From: Leptonemataceae bacterium | GTDB lineage: Bacteria > Spirochaetota > Leptospiria > Leptospirales > Leptonemataceae | DNA: 64,000 nucleotides | Assembly: GCA_965227295.1 (NCBI GenBank) | Contig: OZ245742.1 | Location: 4,800,001-4,864,000 of the forward strand | Direction of reading: 5' to 3' | Part shown: piece after piece, positions 30,170 to 40,765 of the stretch | Layout of the letters: each line of letters starts with the position of its first letter | Position numbering within the stretch: the first letter of the stretch is position 1 | Made by a program: the position numbers and the translations under genes | The notes under the pieces: model-generated | Told to the model about the DNA's origin: nothing | Seen by the model: the letters and a program-made list of their open reading frames with translations, nothing else | Database searches by the model: none

Positions 30170-30392
30170 GGGCGGATTCTCAGGCCTGGCGGCGATGTAA
30201 GCAAGTGAATTGTTAATTTTGCGTGAGGCTCGTGATGTTTGCTGTCCCCATGTTATTCACACGGGTGCGTTTGATTGGTTGATGTTTGTGGGGTTCCGAC
30301 TGCGGGAATGAGCGTATCATGGATGCACTTTTTGGGCGCCTCGCCGCTCTTGCGAAGAGTTGAGCATCCGGCCCATCAAACCAGGTGGTGTT

Positions 30393-31238
30393 TCAGTCCT
30401 GTTTGTTCCAGAAGTCCTGCCAGGCAAAGGCACGCGAATCGAGTCCTAACTCAACGTCCCGGTACAATTTATGAATGAGCACTATTTTCCGTTCGAGAGT
30501 AAGGCCGTTGCCCGGCTGTACGAGACTTGCCGGATACAACCGCTGGAACACCTCGTCGAAATCGAGTTCATCCTCAAAATAGCTTTCCAGGCTGCGTCCC
30601 TTTAATCTCCGCATTCCACGCCAGAATCCGTAGCGTCGCGCCGCCAAGACGAACAAAACTCAACTCCGAGGCCTTGAGCCTTGTCCCTCTCCGAATCATG
30701 CCGACATCCAGAGGACGAGGAAGCCAGCGAATGTATCGATGCAATAAACCGTAGATGAATAAGGTCAATCCGAACAACCCAACGGCCATACTGAGCAATG
30801 CGATGAGAACTACGGCCGGGGACGGGCGAGACAAGACCAGTGCCGCAACGTAGCCGGCAAAGAGCACGCCCAGAATCATCGCAGTGATCGCGGCGGACTT
30901 AATACCAATGGGAAGGGCGAAGAAATTGTGAACGAAACTCAAGTCATCCGGCGACGCGCGACAACGGTCACGTCGAGATGCTTTCCTTTGTAAGAAAAAT
31001 TTGTCAGACTGTTTCGCGGGACCGTGACCTCCCCTGTGCCGTTGTTCATTGCGAGTGACGTGGAAAATACTTCTCGCTCGACATCCACGCAGTAAGGGAT
31101 CCTGCAGTCAGAGATCGCAACGAGGCACAGTTCTATCCTGAGCTGATCTTCGTCGCGAACTTCCGGAATGCGGACCACTATACTCCAGTGTTCCGGATCA
31201 CCCCGGTCTTCTATTTCGACAATCGCCTGCATGCCCAT
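30393..31238 (-). pseudogene. fragmented paralog 2 of the two-TM family
   Basis: Three consecutive ORF fragments carry the family motifs (FSYKGK; TM pair plus LRILAWN; YFEDELDFDEVFQRLYP) with internal segments missing; lower GC. Confidence 0.7.
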
Positions 31239-31252
31239 CTTAGCTCAGTCCA

Positions 31253-31810
31253 TCACTTGATCTGCAACCCGTCGAACCGCAAAAAACGCGCGAGGGCCGC
31301 ATCGAAACTCAGGCCCGGATACCGTTCGAGGATGATGTCGACGTCCGTGTACGCGGCGCCGAAGTTTCTATGAAAAACCGCCACTGCTGCTTCGGAAGAC
31401 GGAACGCGCCGGGCGGCGAGATAACGCGCGATCTTAGCAGGATCCTGGTCGACGTGAAAGATCAGCTTCGGCACGCAGACCAACCGAAACGCCGGCGAAC
31501 GCAAATGACTCGCGGCCAACACCCGCGGATACCGACGCAGGGCGAGCCGCAACACGCGCAGATCCCGCCGCTCGCGCAGTTCGTCGAGGACTATCAATTG
31601 CGTGCCCGATGCGCGCGGAGGAACCTGATCGAGGCGCAGGCCGCCCGCGTCGGAGCGCACGAAGACAAAGTCCTCGCCCGGGCCGACGTGCGTCTTCAAA
31701 AAATGCTGCACCATCGTAGATTTTCCGCTGCCGCTGATGCCACAGAACGCAATAAAGCGCGCCTTCGAAAAATCTTTGCGGCCCAGATCCAGGTAATCGT
31801 CAAACAACAT
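31253..31810 (-). CDS. small P-loop NTPase-like protein
   Basis: Walker A GISGSGKST and Walker B-like IVLDE. Confidence 0.65.
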   Translation of the reverse strand: MLFDDYLDLGRKDFSKARFIAFCGISGSGKSTMVQHFLKTHVGPGEDFVFVRSDAGGLRLDQVPPRASGTQLIVLDELRERRDLRVLRLALRRYPRVLAASHLRSPAFRLVCVPKLIFHVDQDPAKIARYLAARRVPSSEAAVAVFHRNFGAAYTDVDIILERYPGLSFDAALARFLRFDGLQIK

Positions 31811-32890
31811 CCCGGGGCTCCGGCGGAACCGCGAAGAAGTCCTCGTACGCGAAGGCCCGGGGATCGCCCGGGAGTTCGATGTCCTGGTACTCCGGATGCA
31901 GGATCTGGATTTCCCACTCGAACGCCAGGCCGTGCGTAACGGACGTCATGTTCGGCGGATACAAACAGCGAAAGACCCCGGAGAAATCGATCTCGTCCTG
32001 AAAGTACTGATCCACGCGATGATCCGGGGGATGATGTCTAACTTTTTTTCGTACAACTTTAAGACGCGCAGCGGATCGCTGAAGCTTACCGTGCGCACCT
32101 TCGTGCCGGAGCCGCGGCGGTACTGGCCGTGCTCGGTATTGTAGGCGATGATGCGCAAAGTACAGTTCTTCGCGGCGGAAAACGTAAAGCCCTCGAAGAG
32201 ATCGGACGCGCGAAGTTTCGTATCGCGGCGAATCGGTTCGTCGAGACGTTTGAGTTTTAGGTTCACGTAGGCGGCGAGTAAATGCCGCATGTAGCTGTAC
32301 GCGAGAGCGGTCAGGAACAGTCCGACCGCGGTACCGAAGATGCCGAGCTGGATCACGCCCGACTTGAGGTTCAGCAAAACAAGCACCAGCGCGCCCCAGC
32401 CGAGCAGCACCGCACCGCCGACGGCGAAGATCACGTAACGATTCTTCGCGGGAACGGCCTTAATGTTCTTGAGAAAGTCGAAGGCGTCGTGCGGATCGAT
32501 CAGGTCGGGCGAGTCGAAAGGTCCGGGCGGCCGCAGGCCAAGCGCGATTTCCTGGGGCTCCGAAATCGTGGTGTCGAAGATCAGCGCGTCGTCAATGACG
32601 AGCTTCGTGTGGATGAGCATGTTGATGCGTTTGCCGGCGTAGCTGTAGTGCGGCACGCGGACCCGCGGAATGCGAATCTCCCGGTCCAGGCCTTCGATCA
32701 CGAAGTCCTCGCGAAAGAGCTCCTCGCTCTCGTTGACGGGGCGGCTGTCGCGGACCTCGGTCTCCACCGAGAGCGTTACGTAAGCTTCTTTTCCGCGTAC
32801 GTTAGTGTCCCGAAAGTGCAGCCGCAACACGAAGTACTCCGGGTCCGCCGCGCTATCGAGGACGAGTTCCGCCGTGCGTGCGTTATCCAT
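31800..32890 (-). pseudogene. paralog 3 of the two-TM family with a 1-nt frameshift (real or sequencing error)
   Basis: Adding one base to the G5 run at 32026-32030 gives IIPPDHRVDQYFQDEIDF, matching paralog 1 RIPPRGRIEEYFDGEVAF. Confidence 0.7.
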
Positions 32891-32906
32891 GCCGGCAACC
32901 CCGCGC

Positions 32907-33548
32907 TCAGTCCAGTTTATACACCACGCGATACGCCGCATCGGCGCCCGGCGGCGTCTCCGCGATCGCTTCGAACGATACGCCGATCTCCGGGAAGCGT
33001 TCCTCGGCCCGCTCTTTCACGGCGCCGGTGACGAGAATCTCCCAGGCGTTCGCCGTATCTTCGCCGAGTTTACTCGCCGCGTTCACCTCGGCACCGAAGA
33101 CGTCACTGTCGCCGATCTTCAAGACATAACCGAAGCCCAGGCCCACGCACAACAGGATCTGCTCTTCGTCGGATTTGCCGACGTTGTACTCTTTCAACAC
33201 GCGCTGCATGTGAATGGCGCACTGCATGGCCTTCTGCACGTTGCGGAAGATCACCAAAAAGGAATCGCCCTCGACTTTTAACAGGATGCCGTCGTTCTCG
33301 TCGATGAGCGGAATCAGCACACGCTCGGATTCGTGAATCGTCTGTAGAAAATGAATGATGCCGAACTTCGCGACACCGCGCGAAAATCCGGAGAGATCCG
33401 TAAACATGATGCACCATTCTTCGCCGAAGAGGTCCCAGATGCGCTGGTCGATGGTGTCTTTGTCGGCGCCGGGTTTGAGCCGGGCCTCGATGAGTTTGCT
33501 CATTCGATCTTCGGAGGCGCTGGTGGCCACTCTTTGTGTGTGTCGCAT
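32907..33548 (-). CDS. class III adenylate/guanylate cyclase, stand-alone catalytic domain
   Basis: MFTDLSGFS, KVEGDS and DVFGAEVNAASKLGE motifs. Confidence 0.88.
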   Translation of the reverse strand: MRHTQRVATSASEDRMSKLIEARLKPGADKDTIDQRIWDLFGEEWCIMFTDLSGFSRGVAKFGIIHFLQTIHESERVLIPLIDENDGILLKVEGDSFLVIFRNVQKAMQCAIHMQRVLKEYNVGKSDEEQILLCVGLGFGYVLKIGDSDVFGAEVNAASKLGEDTANAWEILVTGAVKERAEERFPEIGVSFEAIAETPPGADAAYRVVYKLD

Positions 33549-33691
33549 GGACGATGATATGACTGCGCTTCGGGAACGGGCAAGTGAAAAACACGAGAAT
33601 ATACACAATCCAGACGATACGGCGAGCGACGTTTCCTTCACTCTATTTCTGAAACTGCTTGCATTTATTTAACATCTATCGAGAGTACGGT

Positions 33692-34786
33692 ATGGAAATC
33701 GTGAACCGCGTCCTCGGTCTGGTGGCCGCCATCATGGAAAGTCTCGGGCGGAAGAGCATCAACTTCATCCCGCTCAATCTCGTCCTCATGTTCGGCGCGC
33801 TCATCGGTGCCCTCGTCGCCGGAACCGGAGCGGAAACGCTCTACAAGAATCTGCAACGCAACAGCGACGAACCGCGCAAACTCAGCCTCGCCGAACTCCT
33901 GGACCATGAAAAAAACGCGATCCCCATCGATGAACCCATCGTCGTCGAGGGCAGCTTCGTGCCGCGCTACGGCATGCAGTACGGCCGGCAAAAGAAGGAC
34001 AGCCCGGAACTGGACGTTACCGACGCCTGGGTTCCGCTGGTGGACTGGCGTGGTCGCCGGGGCATTTTCGTGGAACTGGCCGATGCAGACGAGGACCTGT
34101 CCGGCCGTCCGCGGCAACGCACGTTCACCGGCTGGTTAACCTCTATCGATTCGGAGTTACGTAAGGAACTCGAATCCGTCGGCGGCAAAGTCGAGGGCAT
34201 CGCCATGGATACGGCCGTGCAACTCCACGAGGGTGTGCCCATGACCCTCGAAGCATCGCGCAGTGGTTTTATTGTACTCGTCTCACTGTCGGCGGGGCTC
34301 GGCCTCCTGGGAGGTCTGTGTCTGATTACGATGTTCCGATCCTACATCATCTTCGGTCGCAAATCCTTCGAACCAGGATCGGCAGCCCTGAGCGCGCCGG
34401 CTGGAGATGAGTTACCGAATGCAAAGATCTCGGGTCACTTCAAACTCAACGATCACGGCAAGGTATTTCACAATGTCCCGGTCGCGTGGGGCCTCTCCGA
34501 AGAAGGCGAACTCGTCTTTCTTTCGAACATCGACGCCTCTTCCAGGTTCATGGGATTTACGACATCCAATCGCGCCGGCATCTGGGCTCTGGTCATTCCC
34601 CCGGCGAAGATCGAGTGGGTGCAGTACGGTCGGCACTACTGGGGCGGCCGTGCAAAACCGGCGCTGCGCATCAAAGGTCCGGGCGCGACACCGTCGGTGA
34701 TGATCTTCAAGGACGAGAACACGTTGCAGAAAGCGCTGGGTTATCTACGCGCGAACGGCGGGCCGGCGTTTGCAAAAATAGCGTGA
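33692..34786 (+). CDS. hypothetical membrane protein
   Basis: Long ORF with typical codon usage and two TM segments. Confidence 0.7.
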   Translation: MEIVNRVLGLVAAIMESLGRKSINFIPLNLVLMFGALIGALVAGTGAETLYKNLQRNSDEPRKLSLAELLDHEKNAIPIDEPIVVEGSFVPRYGMQYGRQKKDSPELDVTDAWVPLVDWRGRRGIFVELADADEDLSGRPRQRTFTGWLTSIDSELRKELESVGGKVEGIAMDTAVQLHEGVPMTLEASRSGFIVLVSLSAGLGLLGGLCLITMFRSYIIFGRKSFEPGSAALSAPAGDELPNAKISGHFKLNDHGKVFHNVPVAWGLSEEGELVFLSNIDASSRFMGFTTSNRAGIWALVIPPAKIEWVQYGRHYWGGRAKPALRIKGPGATPSVMIFKDENTLQKALGYLRANGGPAFAKIA

Positions 34787-34860
34787 TGATTTTCGACAGC
34801 GCACTGTAAGATCCAATTTCTTCTCCCCCTCTGTGCCCTCTGTGCCTCTGTGGCCAAAAC

Positions 34861-36789
34861 ATGCCCTCCGAAAACATCCTGTCCGCCGATCGCATCAGCA
34901 AGAGCCACGGCGACCGCAATCTCTTCACCGAACTCACGTTCGGCATCGACGCCGGCGATAAGATCGGCCTCATTGGACCGAACGGCGCCGGCAAGAGTAC
35001 ACTCTTTCGCGGACTCGCCGGGCGCGAGCCGCTGGACGACGGCCGCCTGGCGCTTCGCCGCGGCACGCGCATCGCCTATCTCGAACAGCTTCCGGAGTAC
35101 AATCCCGACGACGACCTGCGCACGCACATTTACAAAAGCGAAAGCGAGTTGGTGCGACTCATTCACGCTTACGAGTCGGCGGCGGAACGCGCGAGTCGGC
35201 ATCAGCAAGATGCGCCGGCCCTGGCCGAACTCGACCGGCTCACGAACGCCATGCACGAGCACGACGCCTGGACCTACGAGGCGGAGATCAAAAGCATCTT
35301 AAGCGAACTGGGACTGGACGATCTGAGCGTAACGATGTCGTCGCTCTCCGGCGGCATGTTGAAAAAAGTCGCGCTCGCCCATACGTTGATCGAGGACGCC
35401 GACCTCTTGTTCCTCGACGAACCCACGAACCACCTGGACGTCGAAAGCATCGTGTGGCTCGAAAAGTATCTGCGCGAAACAAAAAAGGCCGTCTTCTTAA
35501 TAACGCACGATCGTTACTTTCTCGAACGTATTACGAACCGCATCTTCGAACTGGAGCCGCCGGAGTTGCATCGCTACGAGGGCAACTACGAAACCTATCT
35601 CACCAAAAAGGCCGAGCGTGACGAACAGTTCGAACGCAGCGAGGCGAAGGCGCGCAACTTTCTGCGCACGGAGCTGGAGTGGTTGCGACGCCAGCCGAAG
35701 GCGCGCGGCACGAAACAAAAGGCCCGCATCGATCGCATCGACGTCGTGCAGAACCGCAAACAACGCAGCCAGGCCGAAGCGGCGGAGTTTCGCGTGGCCG
35801 GGCGCCGCCAGGGAAAAAAGATCCTGGAGGTCGAGAACATCGGCAAATCGTTCCCGGATGCCGACGGAAACACGCGCACCCTCTTCGAAAACTTCAGCCA
35901 CGTCTTCGGTCCCGGCGAACGCATCGGCGTGGTCGGTCCGAACGGCTCCGGCAAGTCCACGTTTCTAAAGATCCTCACGGGTAAACTCAAGCCGGACGCG
36001 GGCAACATCGACACCGGAACGAACACGCACTTCGGCTACTTCGATCAACAGAGCGATCTTTTCGCCGCCCCGGCGGACGGCGAGCGCCGGCTTATCGAAT
36101 TCGTGAAACGCGAGGCCGGAGAATTCATAAGCACCGCCGACGGCGACCGCATCGACGCCGCGCGTTTGCTGGAACGTTTCGGCTTCGACGGTCGCCTGCA
36201 ACACGGTTTTCTCAAGAATCTCAGCGGCGGCGAACGACGGCGATTGCACCTGGTCTTCGTGCTGCTCGGCAATCCGAACTTTCTGATCCTCGACGAACCC
36301 ACGAACGATCTGGACATCCAGACCCTCTCGCGTCTCGAGGATTTTCTCGGCGGCTTTGCCGGTTGCGTCCTCGTAGTTTCGCACGATCGTTACTTTATGG
36401 ATCGCATCGCCGATCGTCTGTTCGCCTTTACGAAGGACGGCCTGGTGCAATACACCGGCAGTTACTCCGACTACCTGGCCGAGCAGGAGTCGACGTCGCG
36501 CGAGCAAAACAGTGTGCCCGTTACGGAGCAGGAGAAACCGCAGACGCCGGCAAAGGCACCGGGCAAAAAACGCAGGCTATCGAACAAGGAACGGCGCGAG
36601 TACGATTCGCTCCAGGCCGAGATCGAAAAACTCGAAGCGGAGCGCTCGGAATTGGAGACGTTACTCGGTTCCGGCGAGTCGGATCACACCAAACTTGCGG
36701 CGTGGGGAGATCGGCATACGGAACTCGGTGCTTTGATTGAAGAAAAGTATGCGCGCTGGTCGGAGTTGGAAGAGTTCGCGGGAAATTGA
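34861..36789 (+). CDS. ABC-F family ATP-binding protein (Uup-like)
   Basis: Two ABC domains (GPNGAGKST/LSGG/DEPTNHLD and GPNGSGKST/LSGGE/DEPTNDLD), PKARGTK linker and coiled-coil C-terminus. Confidence 0.93.
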   Translation: MPSENILSADRISKSHGDRNLFTELTFGIDAGDKIGLIGPNGAGKSTLFRGLAGREPLDDGRLALRRGTRIAYLEQLPEYNPDDDLRTHIYKSESELVRLIHAYESAAERASRHQQDAPALAELDRLTNAMHEHDAWTYEAEIKSILSELGLDDLSVTMSSLSGGMLKKVALAHTLIEDADLLFLDEPTNHLDVESIVWLEKYLRETKKAVFLITHDRYFLERITNRIFELEPPELHRYEGNYETYLTKKAERDEQFERSEAKARNFLRTELEWLRRQPKARGTKQKARIDRIDVVQNRKQRSQAEAAEFRVAGRRQGKKILEVENIGKSFPDADGNTRTLFENFSHVFGPGERIGVVGPNGSGKSTFLKILTGKLKPDAGNIDTGTNTHFGYFDQQSDLFAAPADGERRLIEFVKREAGEFISTADGDRIDAARLLERFGFDGRLQHGFLKNLSGGERRRLHLVFVLLGNPNFLILDEPTNDLDIQTLSRLEDFLGGFAGCVLVVSHDRYFMDRIADRLFAFTKDGLVQYTGSYSDYLAEQESTSREQNSVPVTEQEKPQTPAKAPGKKRRLSNKERREYDSLQAEIEKLEAERSELETLLGSGESDHTKLAAWGDRHTELGALIEEKYARWSELEEFAGN

Positions 36790-36790
36790 T

Positions 36791-37231
36791 CTATTTGGAC
36801 TCATCCGATTTCTTTTTGTAATACAGTAAGGAACTAACTAAAACTCCTAAACTGGAGAAGAGGGAAGCGAAACCCGAAATTTCCTTTCCAAGAAATACCA
36901 GATAAAGTCCGCCGAGCATCCCTGTCATTATGATCGCAAATCCTAAACCTAAAGATAGGATTCGAATCCTCAGTTCATACTTCGTTTTTCCGATCTCCGC
37001 ATCGTTCGCTTTTTCGGCCATACGAAGAATGCGGTCCGCCGCTCCAGGCAAAACGTTTTCATATTTTGCAAATTGCTCGGCCGGGGGAATCGGCGCATCG
37101 TAGCTTGTCGAGATGATGTGGCGTAGAGCAGCGCGGACTTCCTGGCGCGCCTCCTCCGGAGGAACGACCTCCGGCTCTACGTTCTTTTTCGCTTGCGACT
37201 TTTTTCCTGATCTCGACTTCTTTTTGGCCAT
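36791..37231 (-). CDS. DUF2335-like membrane protein
   Basis: PIPPAEQFAKYENVLPGAADRILRMAEK followed by two TM helices; AT-rich. Confidence 0.8.
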   Translation of the reverse strand: MAKKKSRSGKKSQAKKNVEPEVVPPEEARQEVRAALRHIISTSYDAPIPPAEQFAKYENVLPGAADRILRMAEKANDAEIGKTKYELRIRILSLGLGFAIIMTGMLGGLYLVFLGKEISGFASLFSSLGVLVSSLLYYKKKSDESK

Positions 37232-37626
37232 ACGATCGACTCTTCCCAGGACTGCATTGCCAGCCTTAGATGTTTCCCCGTGTTCATGAATGCATCGCTC
37301 ATGCGTTTCTTTACATTAGTCGCAATATCCGCATCGCGAGACTGAATTAGATCATCAATAATACCGGCGACGTCTACGGCGCGTCCGAGTTCAATCGGCA
37401 CGAATTTGTAGGTATCCGCGAGCGCCTCGCGAAGCAGCCGCGCCGAGGAAGATACTTGTTCGCCGGAAGTAGTTTCCGGGGATGCATCCTGTCTTCCCGC
37501 CAGCATATTACGTAACTCTGCACAAATCAGTTCCGAATAATATTCGATTAAACGCAGATCTTCGTCTGAAACATCCTTACCAGCAACCTCGAAAGGGTCT
37601 GACTTTTTCTTGCTTGCGGAAACCAT
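37177..37626 (-). CDS. hypothetical protein (low-GC islet)
   Basis: 149-aa ORF overlapping the DUF2335-like gene start. Confidence 0.5.
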   Translation of the reverse strand: MVSASKKKSDPFEVAGKDVSDEDLRLIEYYSELICAELRNMLAGRQDASPETTSGEQVSSSARLLREALADTYKFVPIELGRAVDVAGIIDDLIQSRDADIATNVKKRMSDAFMNTGKHLRLAMQSWEESIVWPKRSRDQEKSRKRKRT

Positions 37627-37711
37627 AAAACCTACAATCTACTATACAAAAAACGTCATACCCCTGTCAACTCCCAACTTACACCAAATGGTGAAAATTA
37701 GCAAGGCACGC

Positions 37712-38596
37712 TCACAACCCCGCCATTTCCCGCAACTCCGCGGCGGTTTTCCCCTCGTCCATCAACTTCCGCAGCGCCAGGGAATCGTGGCGTTTGGCCA
37801 GGCGCCGGCCGTCCGCGTCGCGCAGCAGTTCGCAGTGAAAAAACGCCGGCGGTGCAAAACCCAGCGCGCGGTACAGCAACAACTGCCGCGCGGTAGACAG
37901 CAGCAGGTCCGCGCCGCGCACCACTTCGCTGACCCGCATCAACGCGTCGTCGACGACAACGGCGAACTCGTAGGCCGGCGCGTCGACGTCCCGGCGCCAC
38001 ACCAGGAAATCCCCGAAGTCCGCACCGGCCGTAAACTGCACCTTACCGAAACTTAAGTCTGCAAACGCGATCGTCTCACCGTCCGGTACACGAAAGCGCC
38101 AGTTTACACCGCCAGGATCATCCAGGGAAAAACCCGGCACCACGACAGCCGCGCTTTGAAATTCCGGCGGGCGCAGCTCCGGCGGGAACACCGGCTCCCA
38201 CCCTTCGCGGTCCGGCAGCGTACCGTCGTGTTGTTCCAGCAGGCGCGCCTGGATTTCTTTGCGCGAACGTTTGCACGGATAGATCCAGCCGCCCGCGTGC
38301 AGCCTGCGCCACTGCTTTTGATAGATCCCACATGCCAGGCGTTCGCTCTGCGTATACGGCGCAAACTCGCCGCCGACGTCAGGCCCCTCATCCCAATCCA
38401 GGCCGAAGCGTTTTAGATCTTTGACGGCGGCCGCGGCGAACTCGGGCTTGCAACGTTTGCGATCCAGGTCCTCGTCGCGATAGACAAGCGTGCCGTTCCT
38501 TTCGCGGCAGCGATCATACGCGACAGCAAAGGTCCGCGCGTGACCGAGGTGTAAGTATCCCGTAGGTGATGGTGCAACTCTGCCGCGGTAGTTCAT
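37712..38596 (-). CDS. gluQ: glutamyl-queuosine tRNA(Asp) synthetase
   Basis: GRVAPSPTGYLHLGH, VVRGADLL and RLAKR motifs; catalytic domain only, no anticodon domain. Confidence 0.88.
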   Translation of the reverse strand: MNYRGRVAPSPTGYLHLGHARTFAVAYDRCRERNGTLVYRDEDLDRKRCKPEFAAAAVKDLKRFGLDWDEGPDVGGEFAPYTQSERLACGIYQKQWRRLHAGGWIYPCKRSRKEIQARLLEQHDGTLPDREGWEPVFPPELRPPEFQSAAVVVPGFSLDDPGGVNWRFRVPDGETIAFADLSFGKVQFTAGADFGDFLVWRRDVDAPAYEFAVVVDDALMRVSEVVRGADLLLSTARQLLLYRALGFAPPAFFHCELLRDADGRRLAKRHDSLALRKLMDEGKTAAELREMAGL

Positions 38597-38657
38597 GAGA
38601 TGATGTGTTGTACGGGCACGGCCCGAGACAACAAGGTAGTATGTCAGCAAATCTTTT

Positions 38658-38781
38658 GGGCGTCTGCCCCGCCGCGCCGCGGAGGCGGCGGGGCACCGCG
38701 CTGCTCCGGGCTCCGCTTCGCTGCGGTCCGCGCTACACGCGGACTGGCCTTCGGCCACCCTGCACATCGCTGACGCGAAGA
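38658..38781 (+). ncRNA. Flavo-1-like structured element, copy 3
   Basis: gggcgtc..cgcgct..gggctccgcttcgc..atcgctgacgcgaaga. Confidence 0.6.
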
Positions 38782-38790
38782 AGACTCATC

Positions 38791-38900
38791 TCTTCGCGCG
38801 AGGGATACGCAGGGTCGCGAAGCGAGTCTTTGCGCAGCAAAGACCGAAGCCGAAGGCGGAGCCCGTAGTAGCCCGGTCGGCGCGCAGCGCCGACGCGCCC
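38791..38900 (-). ncRNA. Flavo-1-like structured element, copy 4 (tail-to-tail with copy 3)
   Basis: Reverse complement gggcgcg..cgggct..gggctccgc..atccctcgcgcgaaga. Confidence 0.6.
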
Positions 38901-38963
38901 ATACAAACATCCATCCGTTCAAACTTAAGCCGCGAGGCATGTCGGCGTACGGATCGGTTCGTC

Positions 38964-39749
38964 TTACTTATCCAGAAGATTGTCTTCGTTCTGCAATTGC
39001 GATTCCACGAACCAGTAGACGCGGCGTTCCACCAGACGCAGGGCGTCCACGTACCGACGCAGTTGTTCAATGCGACGGCGCGGCTCTCGCACGTCGAGCA
39101 CGGGGATGGCCTGGGTCTCTTCCCCGCCGCGGGGCAGATCAACGGGCACGCCGGGCGGCAGGCCGGGATCGGCGGGCTGATCCAGCTCCCGGGAATCGCG
39201 GCCGGAAAAGAAACGGTAATTATAAAAGTACGTATACAACGAACCCTTGCGCTCACCGGCCACGATGTTTACCATGAGGCCGTCAAACGGCGCGGGTTCG
39301 GCCGGGGCCGGTTCCGCATTCGCCTGTACATTCACCTCACGAACGAACCAGAACTTACGTAACAGATACGTCGTGCCGCGCTGGGCCGTGCGTTCTTCGA
39401 GAATCACATATTCAATGCGCGGTCCGTTCCATTGTAAGTAAGAGGTTTCGGTGAGGATCTTCTGCTCCGGCGAACCGTAACGGGATACGACCTCGGACCG
39501 GAGCGGAATGCGCGAACGTTCCTGTTCGTCGATGAGGTTGCTGCGTTCCAGATAACCGCGATAGGTCTCGATGCGGCGCATGAGATTATACACCTGACGC
39601 TCAAGATATACTATCTGCTCTTTCTGGTCGGCATCCGGCGGAACGTAGGTCCCCACCTGGTCGAGGGGCTGGGCTTCGAGCGCCACGCCGGCGCAGACCG
39701 CGAGCGCAAACGACATGACAAAAGACGACCTGAAACGAACGCGGGACAT
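38964..39749 (-). CDS. hypothetical exported protein
   Basis: Signal peptide (ALEA|Q); RBS-like gaagga upstream. Confidence 0.7.
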   Translation of the reverse strand: MSRVRFRSSFVMSFALAVCAGVALEAQPLDQVGTYVPPDADQKEQIVYLERQVYNLMRRIETYRGYLERSNLIDEQERSRIPLRSEVVSRYGSPEQKILTETSYLQWNGPRIEYVILEERTAQRGTTYLLRKFWFVREVNVQANAEPAPAEPAPFDGLMVNIVAGERKGSLYTYFYNYRFFSGRDSRELDQPADPGLPPGVPVDLPRGGEETQAIPVLDVREPRRRIEQLRRYVDALRLVERRVYWFVESQLQNEDNLLDK

Positions 39750-39807
39750 AAGGTTCCTTCATAGAATCGGTTGAATCGGCGCAGGTCTCCGCAAAAATCC
39801 GTCCCCA

Positions 39808-40647
39808 ATGCTCAAGAAAATCGCCCTCCGGTCTTTGCTGTTCATCGCCGGTCTCCTCCTGGCCGGCCTGATCGTCGTGTTGATCCTGCGCGTCAGCCGG
39901 GACGATCCGGAACCGGCCCGGCGGCCGTTCCTGGAAAATCTGCCGCGCCCGGCCATCTTCGCGCACCGGGGCGCCTCCGGGGACGCCGCCGAAAACACCC
40001 TGAACGCCTTCGCCCTGGCCCTCCGCCAGGGAGCGCACGTCCTGGAACTGGACGTGCATCGCAGCCGGGACGGCCACATCGTCGTCAGCCACGACCGGAC
40101 CCTCGAACGCACCCACGGCGATCCGCGGTCCATTGCGGACCTGAGCCTCGCGGAACTCCAGGAGATTGCCCCGGAGATTCCGTCGCTACGCTCCGTTTTC
40201 GCTCGCTTCCCCGGCATTCCCATCAACATCGAAATCAAGTCCCGCCACGACGAGGCCGCCCTGGATCTCTGGAAGCTGATCCTGGCCAACAATCGCCAGG
40301 ACACGGTCCTGGTGGCCAGCGGCAGCGATGCGATGATTCAACGATTCCGTGAGGTCAGCGGCGGCGCCACCGCCACCAGCGCCGGCCTCTTCGAGGCCCT
40401 GACGTTCTACGGCTGTTTCCTCGTGGACGTGCCGTGCCGGCCCGCCTTCGACGCCCTCCAGATTCCCTTCCGTCCGTTTGCGGGCATCCAGCCGGCGGAC
40501 CCGGCGTTCATTGAGTTCGCTCATCGTCACGGCCGGCCGGTCCACTACTGGACCGTCAACGAAAGTACGGACATGCAACGCCTCATCGAAGCGGGCGCGG
40601 ACGCGATCATGACCGACTACCCCGTCCGGTTTCCGACGGAAAAGTAA
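39808..40647 (+). CDS. glycerophosphodiester phosphodiesterase
   Basis: AHRGAS, ENT, ELDVH, NIEIK, WTVN and IMTDYP motifs. Confidence 0.92.
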   Translation: MLKKIALRSLLFIAGLLLAGLIVVLILRVSRDDPEPARRPFLENLPRPAIFAHRGASGDAAENTLNAFALALRQGAHVLELDVHRSRDGHIVVSHDRTLERTHGDPRSIADLSLAELQEIAPEIPSLRSVFARFPGIPINIEIKSRHDEAALDLWKLILANNRQDTVLVASGSDAMIQRFREVSGGATATSAGLFEALTFYGCFLVDVPCRPAFDALQIPFRPFAGIQPADPAFIEFAHRHGRPVHYWTVNESTDMQRLIEAGADAIMTDYPVRFPTEK

Positions 40648-40765
40648 ACTGTCGCCATTGGACGGCCTCAACCCTTCTAACATTCTTTTACGAAACCTTA
40701 ACACTCCCGCTACGGGAAAGTCAGTTTTTGATTGATTTTGCCAGCCGCCGTGTTACATTGCGGAG

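Noticed and set aside
34827..34853. Three ctctgtg(c)c short tandem repeats before the ABC-F gene
   Set aside because: Single occurrence with no inverted partner in the window, so no function can be supported
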